A stretch of DNA of 64,000 nt, from contig CAYWDM010000001.1 in NCBI GenBank assembly GCA_964457085.1, positions 111,690 through 175,689 of the forward strand. Reading direction: 5' to 3'. Numbering within the stretch: position 1 is the stretch's first letter; every line of letters starts with the position of its first letter. The translations under genes and the position numbers were made by a program. This document shows, piece by piece, positions 20,599 through 30,975 of the stretch. The notes under the pieces were generated by a model, which saw only the letters and a list, made by a program, of their open reading frames with translations, ran no database searches and was not told the origin of the DNA. The stretch is from an uncultured Pseudomonadales bacterium (GTDB lineage: Bacteria > Patescibacteriota > Microgenomatia > UBA1400 > PJMF01).

Positions 20599-21678
20599 TT
20601 AAACAATTTTTACCGATATTTTTGATGATTCAACTGCTATTTGACGATGAATCAATCCAAACGTCACGCAAGTTGCCAGTATTGAACTACCACCATACGA
20701 CAACAATGGTAGCGTGATTCCAGTGATTGGTAACAACCCAATGTTCATACCAATATTTATCCCTGTCTGTACAAAAAAATAAATACTAGTTCCAAGCAAC
20801 ATGAATTTTCCGCCTGTTTGCAACTGGTATTGCTTGTCAATTAACCAGGTAATCAACGATGCATAGGCCAATACTACAGTCAGTGTGCCAATAAATCCCG
20901 TTTCTTCAGCCAACGATGCGAAAATGAAGTCAGTTTGTCGCTCGGGCAAAAATCGCAAATGAGACTGAACACCCTGTCCCAAACCTTTGCCCCACAAACC
21001 TCCCGAGCCAACCGCGATTAGTGACTGGCGTGCATTGTATTGAGTGCTTGTTTCCTCGCTAACTTGCCACTGGGTACTAGGATTTAGAAATCCCAAGATT
21101 CGATCCTTTTGATATTGCTTAAATATAAATAGCCAAACAAACACCACACCGATAACCAATGCTCCCGCTGCACTCAACACAACTTTTCTAGGAATTCCAT
21201 ATAACAGTAACATTCCAAATATTGATAAGAAATAGACTACACCAGTTCCGAAATCAGGTTCAAGAAAAATTAATACTCCAGGAAGTATTGCGATCACTGC
21301 GACAAGCAAAAGTTTTTTCCCAACCAGCTTGATACCAGTAGAAAATATCTGGACTAAATACGCCATCACTATTGGCACTGCAAATTGCGAGGGTTGAATC
21401 TTTAAGCCATATCCAACCTCAAACCATCCAGTGGTACCTCTAGTTCGGTCACCAAAAAAAAGTAATCCTAGGAGCACAATTGTAAGTACAACATATATCC
21501 AAAATACAGATCGACGATACAGTGACTCAGGAAGTTGTGTCAGTAAAAAACAGCTAAACCAACCGCCACAAAAAAACCAAAATTGTTTATCAACTAAATC
21601 TGGGCTGATACTTTTGAGCACCACTAAACTAAAGACTGACAAAAAACCACCAATGAGCCACAGAATCGACGAACGCAT
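20599..21678 (-). CDS. rodA: SEDS glycosyltransferase RodA
   Basis: IQPSQF, EPDFGT, YQKDRI, AVGSGG..GKG...G.QS...FLPERQTDFIF, PITGITLPLLSYGGSS; start at ATG 21678. Confidence 0.88.
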   Translation of the reverse strand: MRSSILWLIGGFLSVFSLVVLKSISPDLVDKQFWFFCGGWFSCFLLTQLPESLYRRSVFWIYVVLTIVLLGLLFFGDRTRGTTGWFEVGYGLKIQPSQFAVPIVMAYLVQIFSTGIKLVGKKLLLVAVIAILPGVLIFLEPDFGTGVVYFLSIFGMLLLYGIPRKVVLSAAGALVIGVVFVWLFIFKQYQKDRILGFLNPSTQWQVSEETSTQYNARQSLIAVGSGGLWGKGLGQGVQSHLRFLPERQTDFIFASLAEETGFIGTLTVVLAYASLITWLIDKQYQLQTGGKFMLLGTSIYFFVQTGINIGMNIGLLPITGITLPLLSYGGSSILATCVTFGLIHRQIAVESSKISVKIV

Positions 21679-21724
21679 GATTTGATTGTAGCAAGTGTTT
21701 TTACAACCACTGTGCCAAACTTTT

Positions 21725-24556
21725 TTACACAACGAGCAATAGCTTGGGTTCGTCACCAATGAGTAGTTTGGTGAAGGTTTTTTTCTCGATTTCGCTCTGC
21801 CAGCTTGTTGGCCAACTCTGCAATTGCATTGTTGCAACCTGTCCAACTTTCAAGCCTGCTTGTTTCCTCAGGTTTTGGATTTGGCGCATGATGTCCCGGG
21901 CTTCACCTTCAGCTTTTAGCTCGTCGGTCAAAACTGTATCAAAAACAGGTTCTACTTCCACTTCAGCAATTTTCCAAAATACCTGCTTCACATTGAGTTC
22001 TGACGCAATCACACCTGAAAGTGTATCTGCCATAGTTAGTGCTGTTGAAACAGTAAATGTCACCGATGCTAATGGTTGTCTGACTTTGACACCAGCTTCT
22101 TTGCGTTTTGCATGTGCAGATTCAACTAATTTTCGTACCAACACCATTTCACTATTTAGTACCTCATCAACTTGTGCACTCGCATATGTTGGCCAGTCAG
22201 TTAGGTGAATGGAGCTCTGTGCATCTACCATGGTGTGGTGAACCAACTCTGCAAAAAATGGTGCTACCGGTGCAAACATTTGAGCTAATGTGTAGAGTGC
22301 ATACCCAAAAGTTTGACTTGTTTCTGTTTGAGTTTGATCTTTAATTCGCTCTCGACTCAACCGCAAATACCATGTCGAAATCATATCTACAAATTCCATC
22401 AAGGATCTGCAAGCACGAATCACATCATAGCCATCCATATACTTGGTGACATCTCGAACCAATGTCTCTGTCGCACTGAGCAACCACTGATCCATAATGT
22501 TGGTAACTTTTTCTGGTTTTGTGAATCCAACTTCATGGTTTGCAAAAGTTTGATAGAAACCAAGCACATTCCACCAAATTACAAATACTTTGCGACGGAG
22601 ATCTGAAACTTCTTTTTCCGAAAAATTTAGATTCTCAGATTTCATCACCGTCGAACTCATCAGATATAGTCGCAAACTATCGACACCATATTTATTAATT
22701 AAGACCATAGGGTCGGGATAGTTTTTCTTAGACTTGCTCATTTTTGAACCATCTTCGGCGAGGATGGTCCCGGTGGTTAAAACATTTTCAAATGAAGGTT
22801 TCACAAAAATTCCCACTGAAAGTACATGCATGGTGTAAAACCAAGCTCGAGTTTGAGCTATGTACTCACTCACAAATTGTGCAGGGTAGTTTCGCTCAAA
22901 CAACTCTTTGTTTTCGAACGGATAATGCTGTGCTGCAAATGGCATTGAGCCAGATTCAACCCAACAATCAAAAACCTCGCTGGTACGTTTACCCTTGACG
23001 GTTTTAGCTTCATCAACCCAAACCTCGATTTCATCTAAAAATTCACGGTGGATATCTGTTAATTCGTTGACCAGTTTTGGCTCAACAGCCCACTGAGCAA
23101 GTTCCTTGCGAGAACTGATAACTCGTAGCAATTCAACACCATCGTTATTGGTGCCTCTCCAAATTGGCATTGGGGTACCCCAATACCGTGATCGTGAAAT
23201 ATTCCAGTCAGGTGCATTCTCCAAACCCTTCAAGAAACGGCCATGTTTGAGATGTTTTGGATACCAATTAACGTTTTCATTTTGAGCAATTAATTCACTG
23301 CGTAGTTTAGAGACATTGATAAACCAAGCTGGTAATGGTGCAAAATACAAACGAGTATTACAGCGATAGCAAGCAGGCACGCTATGCGTATGTGGTTTTT
23401 CAGAATACATCAAACCACGAGCCGCTAAATCCGCATTGACCAATGGATTGGTTTTTAAAATGTACATTCCAGCCCATGGAGTTACTTCACTACGTATTTT
23501 TCCTTCACTGTCTACATGCTCAACCAATTGCACATGCTCACGCTGCATTACCCGGTAGTCATCTTCGCCATATACAGCTAAAGTGACGATTCCCGTACCT
23601 TCTTCTGCAGTTACAAACTCATCAGCAATAACCACCCCAATTTTCTCTCCCTTACTGCGATCTGGATACCAATCATAGTGTGGCTCGAATTGCCATGCTG
23701 CCAAATCAGTTCCTGAATATCTCTCGACTATCTCATATGGCAACTCACCGAGCATTGCCAGTGTAGTTTCAGCTAAGACATAAAACTCATCTTGCTGGGA
23801 AACTTTCACATATGTCAAAGTGGGATTAACCGCCAGTGCAGGTGTCGCTAATTTATTCCATGGTGTGGTTGACCATGCTAATAAATAGGTTTTTTCCTGA
23901 CCAACAACTTTATATTTATAGGTATTTGCTGGTTCAGTTACCGTTTGGTAACTGTTATCCATGGCGATCTCAAAGTTTGAAAGTGGAGTAGCACATCGTG
24001 GACAGTACAAGATTACTTTTCGACCCTCATATATCAGTCCCTTGTTGTAGAGTTGGGCAAAGCCCCACCAAACAGATTCCATATAGGGAGCATCCATAGT
24101 CTTATAGCTATGTTCGAAGTCAACCCAGCGACCCAACCGGCCAATGATTTTTTCCCATTCGCTGTCTAAACGAAGCACTTCAGTTCGACAAGCTTGATTA
24201 AATTTGTCGATGCCAAGTGCTTCAATACCTTTTTTGCCACCTTTAATGTCGAGGTTTTTCTCGATCATATTCTCGATTGGCAAACCATGACAATCCCAGC
24301 CCCAAACACGCTCAACTCTTTTACCTCTCATGGTTTGGTAGCGAGGAATGACATCTTTTGTGGTCGATGCAAGCAAGTGACCATAATGTGGCATGCCAGT
24401 TGCAAATGGAGGGCCGTCATAAAAAACGTAGCTATTTTTGCTGTTTTTTGATTCGACAGATTTTTTAAAAGTACCGTCTTGTTGCCAAAACTGCTGTGTT
24501 TGCTCTTCCAACTCCGGAAGATTTGGTGGAGTAGAGAAGTTAAGTTGTTTTTTCAT
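21725..24556 (-). CDS. ileS: Isoleucine--tRNA ligase (type 2)
   Basis: FYDGPPFATGMPHYGH, GWDCHGLP, DWNISRSRYWGTP, KMSKS. Confidence 0.96.
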   Translation of the reverse strand: MKKQLNFSTPPNLPELEEQTQQFWQQDGTFKKSVESKNSKNSYVFYDGPPFATGMPHYGHLLASTTKDVIPRYQTMRGKRVERVWGWDCHGLPIENMIEKNLDIKGGKKGIEALGIDKFNQACRTEVLRLDSEWEKIIGRLGRWVDFEHSYKTMDAPYMESVWWGFAQLYNKGLIYEGRKVILYCPRCATPLSNFEIAMDNSYQTVTEPANTYKYKVVGQEKTYLLAWSTTPWNKLATPALAVNPTLTYVKVSQQDEFYVLAETTLAMLGELPYEIVERYSGTDLAAWQFEPHYDWYPDRSKGEKIGVVIADEFVTAEEGTGIVTLAVYGEDDYRVMQREHVQLVEHVDSEGKIRSEVTPWAGMYILKTNPLVNADLAARGLMYSEKPHTHSVPACYRCNTRLYFAPLPAWFINVSKLRSELIAQNENVNWYPKHLKHGRFLKGLENAPDWNISRSRYWGTPMPIWRGTNNDGVELLRVISSRKELAQWAVEPKLVNELTDIHREFLDEIEVWVDEAKTVKGKRTSEVFDCWVESGSMPFAAQHYPFENKELFERNYPAQFVSEYIAQTRAWFYTMHVLSVGIFVKPSFENVLTTGTILAEDGSKMSKSKKNYPDPMVLINKYGVDSLRLYLMSSTVMKSENLNFSEKEVSDLRRKVFVIWWNVLGFYQTFANHEVGFTKPEKVTNIMDQWLLSATETLVRDVTKYMDGYDVIRACRSLMEFVDMISTWYLRLSRERIKDQTQTETSQTFGYALYTLAQMFAPVAPFFAELVHHTMVDAQSSIHLTDWPTYASAQVDEVLNSEMVLVRKLVESAHAKRKEAGVKVRQPLASVTFTVSTALTMADTLSGVIASELNVKQVFWKIAEVEVEPVFDTVLTDELKAEGEARDIMRQIQNLRKQAGLKVGQVATMQLQSWPTSWQSEIEKKTFTKLLIGDEPKLLLVV

Positions 24557-24589
24557 ATTTTTTTCCAATCAGTTTTGCTGACTTAATCC

Positions 24590-24785
24590 AAAAAAGCCTG
24601 CACAACTGACCAATTACTTGATCAATTACGCAGGCTTCTTCACAAATGCAAAGAAAGGTACCAGCCTGGTACTACTTAATTTTCTGTGATTACGGACAGC
24701 TCCGGCTCGATCTAGTTTTCAATTCGCACTTAAGCAAATGAATTTCTGCAAGCACCTCGCGTGGTGATAGCCACACTCAAACGGA
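24590..24785 (-). promoter_or_regulatory. T-box riboswitch (Ile) upstream of ileS, with terminator
   Basis: Mini Stem I GUGG-CUAUCA-CCAC with AUC (24768-24766); CCGUAA F-box-like motif; antiterminator AGGC-UGGUACC-UUUCUU..AAGAA-GCCU (bulge 24663-24657); terminator AAGCCUGC..GCAGGCUUUUU. Confidence 0.85.
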
Positions 24786-24838
24786 TTTACATAGGTAGTA
24801 TAACACTCGAAAATAAATTGCGAAAAGACTACTTAAAC

Positions 24839-25033
24839 TCATCCAGACCCAAACTTTTTTTCTGCTTCTCTTTTTCTTGCCTCTTCCAATGCTTTTTCTA
24901 ACAACGCTGCTCGTTCCTGCCTTGCTTGTCGCTCAACTGCCTCTTGTCGCAGTTTTTCCTCGTATTCTTTCATCTTCTGTTTTCTCGCAGCTTCCTTAAT
25001 TGGGTCAAAAGGGTATGCATCAATCATATTCAA
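24839..25033 (-). CDS. Small charged coiled-coil hypothetical protein
   Basis: 64-aa E/K/R-rich ORF co-oriented downstream of ftsZ. Confidence 0.5.
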   Translation of the reverse strand: MNMIDAYPFDPIKEAARKQKMKEYEEKLRQEAVERQARQERAALLEKALEEARKREAEKKFGSG

Positions 25034-25069
25034 TCTACATAAGGATTAATTTGATCCAACAAAATCAGG

Positions 25070-26359
25070 TTAAGATTTGCGTTGTCTCAAAAACGCGGGA
25101 ATCTCGAACTCATCGTCGAAATCATCAGAATTAGCTGGAGCACTCTGCTGTGCTGGTTTTTCAGCCACTCTAGTATTTTCAAAACTTGTGGAGCGAACAA
25201 ATGGTTGTTCTGCTTCATCTTCACCAGCTATCTGACCCATGGTTTGTGGTTGTGTAAATGCTGATGGTGCTCGGTCAATTTTGCCTGGCTCCTCATCACT
25301 ATCCGGCATGCCAGCTCTGGCAACTACCGTGCTTGGTGATGGTGATCGACGGCGTGAATCTCGGCTGTATGCTCCAAACATCACTCGTTGGTTATATCCA
25401 GGTCGCTCATCAAACCCAGTGGCGATAACACTGACTTTAATCTTGCTACCTAGCTCTTCATCAATAGTGGCACCAAAGATAATGTTTGCATCTGGATCTG
25501 CAGCATCAGCAATGATTGCAGAAGCATCAGAAACCTCAGACATAGTCATATCTGGACCACCAACGATGTTGTACAGAATTCCTTTAGCACCGGTAATAGA
25601 AACTTCGAGCAAAGGTGATGAAATTGCCATTCGAGCAGCCGTAGCGGCACGATTCTCGCCGGTTGACTCTCCAATACCCATGAGAGCACTACCAGAATCA
25701 AGCATGATAGTTTTCACATCTGCAAAATCAACATTAATTAATCCTGGAGTAGTAATCAAATCTGAAATGCCTTTGACACCCTGACCCAACACATTGTCAG
25801 CTAATCTGAAAGCATCCAGCAAGGTCATTTTCTTATCTACAACTTCCATCAAGCGTTGGTTGGGGATCACAATCAAAGTATCAACGACATCGGTTAGACT
25901 TTCGATGCCTTCTTCAGCGGTCTGCATCCGACGAATGCCTTCAAACGCAAATGGCTTGGTAACAACTGCGACAGTCAAAGCCCCAGATTCTTTAGCGATC
26001 TCAGCTACAATTGCTGAAGCACCAGTTCCAGTGCCACCACCCATACCAGCAGTAATAAACACCATGTCGGTATCAAATAGCAAATCTTTCAATTTTTCGC
26101 GACTCTCTTCAGCTGCAGTACGACCCACTTCAGGGTCGGCACCTGCACCAAGTCCACGAGTAAAATTACTGCCAATTTGAACTTTAGTCTCTGCTTTTGA
26201 GGTCAGCAATGCTTGAGCATCAGTGTTAATAGCAATAAACTCAACATTTTGAATTTGCTTGGACATCACCATCGAGTTGATAGCATTGCCACCACCACCT
26301 CCAACACCGATGACCTTGATCTTTGCAAATGTAGTATTGGATGGTTTAACGAGTCCCAT
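25070..26359 (-). CDS. ftsZ: Cell division protein FtsZ
   Basis: [26 protein letters not shown]-terminal EIPAFLR; start at ATG 26359. Confidence 0.97.
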   Translation of the reverse strand: MGLVKPSNTTFAKIKVIGVGGGGGNAINSMVMSKQIQNVEFIAINTDAQALLTSKAETKVQIGSNFTRGLGAGADPEVGRTAAEESREKLKDLLFDTDMVFITAGMGGGTGTGASAIVAEIAKESGALTVAVVTKPFAFEGIRRMQTAEEGIESLTDVVDTLIVIPNQRLMEVVDKKMTLLDAFRLADNVLGQGVKGISDLITTPGLINVDFADVKTIMLDSGSALMGIGESTGENRAATAARMAISSPLLEVSITGAKGILYNIVGGPDMTMSEVSDASAIIADAADPDANIIFGATIDEELGSKIKVSVIATGFDERPGYNQRVMFGAYSRDSRRRSPSPSTVVARAGMPDSDEEPGKIDRAPSAFTQPQTMGQIAGEDEAEQPFVRSTSFENTRVAEKPAQQSAPANSDDFDDEFEIPAFLRQRKS

Positions 26360-26432
26360 AAGTTGGTGTGCGCCTCTGGCGCGATTCTTGTGTATCAAAG
26401 TATAGCATAGCCATAACTACATACAGAATGTG

Positions 26433-27740
26433 TTATGGCAACACTGACTTAAATATTCCCATGATTTTTTGACCAATAGAACCTAGATTAAATGAGCTTA
26501 GGAAAGAAGGAAATGCACTTCCGGAAGACACAACCTCGCCACCACCTTGCTTAGCACCATATACGATCAGGCCAATACTGGTTGCATACGAAGGTTTATC
26601 AATATCACTAACTAGTCCATCTAGTTTCTTGGGATTCCCGATTCTGACAGGTAAGTTCAATGCTTTACGGGCAGTGTCAGCAATTCTAACTGTCTGAGCC
26701 CCACCTCCGCACAACACCAAGCCAGCAGGTACTCGACTCACCAAATCTTGCTCAACTAATTTCTCAGCAACTAAATCAAAAATTTCTTTAATTCGTGGAG
26801 CCATGATACCTTCAATCAAAGTGCGCTTTGATAATTTCTCACCACCATTGTCGACTCCTAATTTATCCAGATCTAATTGATCTGCCTTGCGACGTCGACG
26901 ATTTAGTTCCTCCTTAGATTCACCTGGCATTGGTTGGATAACTTGAAGATCTTCTAAACCGAGGGCTAACTTTACTTTTTCAGCTGCGTCCAAACTAATA
27001 CGGCAACCTAAGGCAATATCTTGAGTAATGTGACGGGCACCGATTGGCACAGATCCAGAATATTCTAAGCAACCATCAACATATGCACAAATTGAAGTGG
27101 TGCCAGCACCAATATCAATCGTGACCACTCCCAGTTCTTTCTCGGTTTCAGTCAAAACTACTTCTGCTGAAGCAAGTCCAGAAAATACAAAACCGTCCAC
27201 TTTGAGTGCTAAATCATTGAGACATTTTTCAAGATTCTTAAGCGAAGTGGTCATAGCACTAATAATATGCGCCTCTGACTCAAGTCGAACACCGGTCATA
27301 CCAACCGGGTCTTTAATACCTTCCTGTGAATCAACCTTAAAATCTCTAGGTACCACATGAATAATTTCGCGATCAGCTGGAAGTGAGATAGCACGAGCTG
27401 CTTCAATTACACGATTAATATCTAGCCGAGTAATTTCTTGATCTGGAGAAGCCACAGCCACTACGCCTTTTGAGTTGCGCGATGTAATGTGAGTGCCACT
27501 AACAGAAACGAACGCACTTTTTACTTCAAAGCCGGCCATACGCTCTGCAGCATCGACGCTTTCACTGATGGTATTGAGCACCTGCTCAAGATCAACAATA
27601 ACACTGCGTCGCATACCCCTTGAGGGAACCACTGAAACGCCAACCACACGCAGCAACCGATCTTCGTCGATAACAGCAATGAGGGTGACGCACTTATCAG
27701 TGCCCAGATCAATAACGGTAACTACTCGATTTTTTGACAT
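26433..27740 (-). CDS. ftsA: Cell division protein FtsA
   Basis: IDLGTDK, PVGMTGVRLE, EKELGV..IDIGAGTT, LCGGGA. Confidence 0.96.
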   Translation of the reverse strand: MSKNRVVTVIDLGTDKCVTLIAVIDEDRLLRVVGVSVVPSRGMRRSVIVDLEQVLNTISESVDAAERMAGFEVKSAFVSVSGTHITSRNSKGVVAVASPDQEITRLDINRVIEAARAISLPADREIIHVVPRDFKVDSQEGIKDPVGMTGVRLESEAHIISAMTTSLKNLEKCLNDLALKVDGFVFSGLASAEVVLTETEKELGVVTIDIGAGTTSICAYVDGCLEYSGSVPIGARHITQDIALGCRISLDAAEKVKLALGLEDLQVIQPMPGESKEELNRRRRKADQLDLDKLGVDNGGEKLSKRTLIEGIMAPRIKEIFDLVAEKLVEQDLVSRVPAGLVLCGGGAQTVRIADTARKALNLPVRIGNPKKLDGLVSDIDKPSYATSIGLIVYGAKQGGGEVVSSGSAFPSFLSSFNLGSIGQKIMGIFKSVLP

Positions 27741-27860
27741 ATCAACAACGAGTCATTTCTGTGTCTAACTATACAGAACTTAGAAGCAACTGTCGATAAG
27801 TTTATATGACTTATCACCAAATTGCTGCAGAGTAATCAGTACTCCAAGCTTACTCTAACA

Positions 27861-28667
27861 TCACTTACCTACAAATCTAATCACTGGAAACTTAAAACGC
27901 AAGTCAATTTCTGAAATTTTAGCCTCTGAAGTTCTCTCATTATTCTTGATTTCTTGTTCAATTAATTTTAGTCGTGCCAACTCAACTTGAGGAACTGATT
28001 TTGCTGCCACCAAAATACGTCTGCCATTTTGAAATAAAATTGAGATTTGATTGAGATCGTCGAATCCAATATAGGTAACCTCAGAACCAGCATCGTTTGC
28101 TGATTCAAGCCAATTGAGAATGAGTGAGTGCTCCTTTAGTGCCATGTTGTCAGTCCAAACCGCTTTTTGACTCCAAGCTTGACTAAAAAAACAAACTGGA
28201 ACCGAAATTTTTTGTGAAATTTGTTTAACCTTACCTTGCTCATTAACCACATACCACTCTTTTTGATCCTCCGTTACCAAATATTTTGGCTGGCTCACGT
28301 TAAAGTACAACTCAACTGTAGCGGGTAGTCGCTTACGAAGGTGAGTGAAATAAATAAGTTGATCTGACACTGAAATTTGTTGAATTTGTTGCAAACTGTT
28401 TTGGTCGTCGAGTTTTGAAAACAACAATGATTTACCATACAAGCCAGTTGCAGCCTGGCATTCTTGACTACTAATCTGTTGATTAGCTAGAAAACAATTA
28501 AGGTTTTTTATCACCAACCATTTCCAAAATAGCTGATAAAAACCAAAACAGAACACCGAAATCACACTTATAACGATAATAATTATTCCAACAATCTTTG
28601 CCACTTTTAAAACTTGAAGTGGATGTCGGTTTGCCTGTCCACTATGGCTACGATTATGGTGCAACAT
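27861..28667 (-). CDS. ftsQ: FtsQ/DivIB-like protein
   Basis: Single TM, RKRLP.TV POTRA-like segment, C-terminal IDLRF..PV; lies between murG and ftsA. Confidence 0.7.
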   Translation of the reverse strand: MLHHNRSHSGQANRHPLQVLKVAKIVGIIIIVISVISVFCFGFYQLFWKWLVIKNLNCFLANQQISSQECQAATGLYGKSLLFSKLDDQNSLQQIQQISVSDQLIYFTHLRKRLPATVELYFNVSQPKYLVTEDQKEWYVVNEQGKVKQISQKISVPVCFFSQAWSQKAVWTDNMALKEHSLILNWLESANDAGSEVTYIGFDDLNQISILFQNGRRILVAAKSVPQVELARLKLIEQEIKNNERTSEAKISEIDLRFKFPVIRFVGK

Positions 28668-29754
28668 ATTTCATCAGTAAAAATAGCTTAGCAGTTGCAT
28701 CAATTGGCAAATGTAGTGATTGCAAACGAAGTTGTCTGAGTGCATACGTTCTATCCAAATCATCTATAGCAGCCAACAATTTTTGTGTCGATAACTCATT
28801 TTGCTCTAAAATGGTTGCCCCTCCGATACTTTCTAGCCATTTAGCATGTGCTTGCTGCTCACCATCAGCAGATCCAGGCAGTGGCACAAGTATGGCAGGC
28901 ACTGCCATAACTGCTAATTCATAGATTGTGTTTGCCCCAGACCGACAAATAGTTCGTGCATGTTGACGATATAACCAAAAGAGATCTTCGGCATTTAACC
29001 AAGCAGCACAGACATAATTTGGATATTCATCAGCCAATTTACGCAAACTTTGTTGAATACCATCCGCCTGAGTGCCGTCGTTGTGACCTATTTGATGCAC
29101 CACATACCATTTACTCAACAACTCAGGGAGAATTTTTAATACTGCCTGATTGATTGCTTGTGAACCCTGACTGCCACCAGTAACTACTAGAATTGGTAAG
29201 TTTTTATCATTTATATACCAAGTAGGCTGCGGCAAATTTTGATTAAAAGCAGCAGGACGTATGGCATTTCCAATCACACTGGTTGTTTGCTTTGGAAAAG
29301 TGCCCACTGTTTCTGGAAAACTAAGGGCAATTTGGTCCGCAAATCGTACAATTAATCGATTAGCCAAACCTGGTACCATGGTCTGTTCATGTGCCACAAC
29401 TTTAATCCGCAGTAATTTTGCAGCAAGCACCACGGGTACTGCCAAATAGCCACCAAATACTACTACTACATCAGGTTTAATTACTGATAATTTTTGAAGT
29501 GCTACTAAAATCGCCCAGACTAATTGTGGTAGTAACCATGGCCATTGCCATGTTCGACCAGCTAATTTGGGAGAATTAAATGCAATAAAAGTCGCTTTCC
29601 TTGCCTGGACCTCATCTGATTCAACAGCTTTCTGTCCTGGCCTACTAAAAATCCTCCCGAAAAACCACCACTGCACACCCAATTGGTGATGACTCGTGTG
29701 ATCCATTAGTGCTAGAGCTGGGGTTAGATGGCCGCCAACAGTTACTGCTTTCAT
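28654..29754 (-). CDS. murG: UDP-GlcNAc:lipid I transferase MurG
   Basis: GGHLTPA, FGGY, HEQ..PGLAN, GN.IR, TGGSQGS, RSGA.T..E. Confidence 0.93.
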   Translation of the reverse strand: MKAVTVGGHLTPALALMDHTSHHQLGVQWWFFGRIFSRPGQKAVESDEVQARKATFIAFNSPKLAGRTWQWPWLLPQLVWAILVALQKLSVIKPDVVVVFGGYLAVPVVLAAKLLRIKVVAHEQTMVPGLANRLIVRFADQIALSFPETVGTFPKQTTSVIGNAIRPAAFNQNLPQPTWYINDKNLPILVVTGGSQGSQAINQAVLKILPELLSKWYVVHQIGHNDGTQADGIQQSLRKLADEYPNYVCAAWLNAEDLFWLYRQHARTICRSGANTIYELAVMAVPAILVPLPGSADGEQQAHAKWLESIGGATILEQNELSTQKLLAAIDDLDRTYALRQLRLQSLHLPIDATAKLFLLMKYVAP

Positions 29755-30923
29755 AGCTGCGTATATTCTCGCACAGTACGGGTGTGTCTATCTCCAGATG
29801 TGTGACTAATTTGCAATAAAACTCCAATGATAAAAAATAGCATTAATAACGATGAGCCTCCATACGAGAAAAAGGGTAGAGGGATGCCAGTGAGCGGCAC
29901 CAGGGCAACAACAGCAGCTAAATTAAGTACTATTTGGCCACTAATCCACAGCATGATGCCATAACCCACCAATCTCTCAAATGAATTTGGCTTGGTCATG
30001 CCAGTCAACAAATACAGCAAATAAATAAAATAGCCAAAAAGACTAATTAAAAAAACAGAACCTACAAACCCTACCTCCTCTGCAACCACTGCAAAAATCG
30101 AGTCACTGCTTGCCTCAGGAATATATAAATATTTCTGATGCGAGTTGCCGATACCCTTTCCCATCATGCCTCCGCTACCAAGTGCAATCGTAACTTGTCT
30201 CACATGAAAGCCTGCACCATAAGGATCTTTCTCTGGATTCAAATAGGTAGTGAGCCGCTGTAAACGATATGGAGAAATAATAATCGCGATAATCATCAAT
30301 AAAATCCCTAATCCAAAAAATGGTAGTAGTTTACGAATGCTACCGTACGCCAAAAAATACATTCCAAATGAAATCCACAATACTACCAACAGCGAACCCA
30401 AATCTGGCTGCAAGATAATTAGTAAGGCTGGCAAACCCACAAATATCAAAAAAGCACCCAGTCGTTGATGCTTTATCATCCACGAGGCAAAAAAAATAAT
30501 CACTGCAAACTTATAAAACTCAGCTGGCTGGAATAATGTAAATCCCAAATTTATCCAACGGTGTGCACCGTTCAGCTGTACACCAATTCCAGGCAAAAAA
30601 ACAGCAATTAAAAACAAAAAACCGATTCCATACCATAAAACTGCCGTTTTTCGCCAAAACTCTGTTGGCAAAAATCTACCAATAAGTAATGTCACCATAC
30701 CGAGCAGCATCCATAATGATTGCTGGCGTAAAAAGTGATATTGGTTGCCAACCATAGCAAAACTCTCAGCAGTGGAAGACTCAAAGACAAAAAATAAGCC
30801 AATGACACATAAGATTGCCATTACCGCCAAGGTTTTAATTCCCAAACTGGAAAGTTCCAACGCACTCCAAAAACGTTGTCTCAAACTAGCTGATTGCGTG
30901 CGTCGCCCCACTTGTATCATCAC
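29751..30923 (-). CDS. ftsW: SEDS glycosyltransferase FtsW
   Basis: NGAHRWI, FQPAEFYK, QPDLGS, PEASSDSIFAVVAEEVG, PLTGIPLPFFSYGGSS. Confidence 0.93.
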   Translation of the reverse strand: MMIQVGRRTQSASLRQRFWSALELSSLGIKTLAVMAILCVIGLFFVFESSTAESFAMVGNQYHFLRQQSLWMLLGMVTLLIGRFLPTEFWRKTAVLWYGIGFLFLIAVFLPGIGVQLNGAHRWINLGFTLFQPAEFYKFAVIIFFASWMIKHQRLGAFLIFVGLPALLIILQPDLGSLLVVLWISFGMYFLAYGSIRKLLPFFGLGILLMIIAIIISPYRLQRLTTYLNPEKDPYGAGFHVRQVTIALGSGGMMGKGIGNSHQKYLYIPEASSDSIFAVVAEEVGFVGSVFLISLFGYFIYLLYLLTGMTKPNSFERLVGYGIMLWISGQIVLNLAAVVALVPLTGIPLPFFSYGGSSLLMLFFIIGVLLQISHTSGDRHTRTVREYTQL

Positions 30924-30975
30924 CTACATTCTGTGCAGTTTTATCTTGAAAAATCAACTCCAAACTCACTAGGAA

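Noticed and set aside
24664-24680. Apparent mutant T-box bulge UAGUACC in the ileS leader
   Set aside because: The real bulge UGGUACC lies just downstream (24663-24657) and has proper flanking helices
25239-26180. Long antisense ORFs over ftsZ, and similar ones over other conserved genes
   Set aside because: Shadow frames of conserved genes with no independent signals
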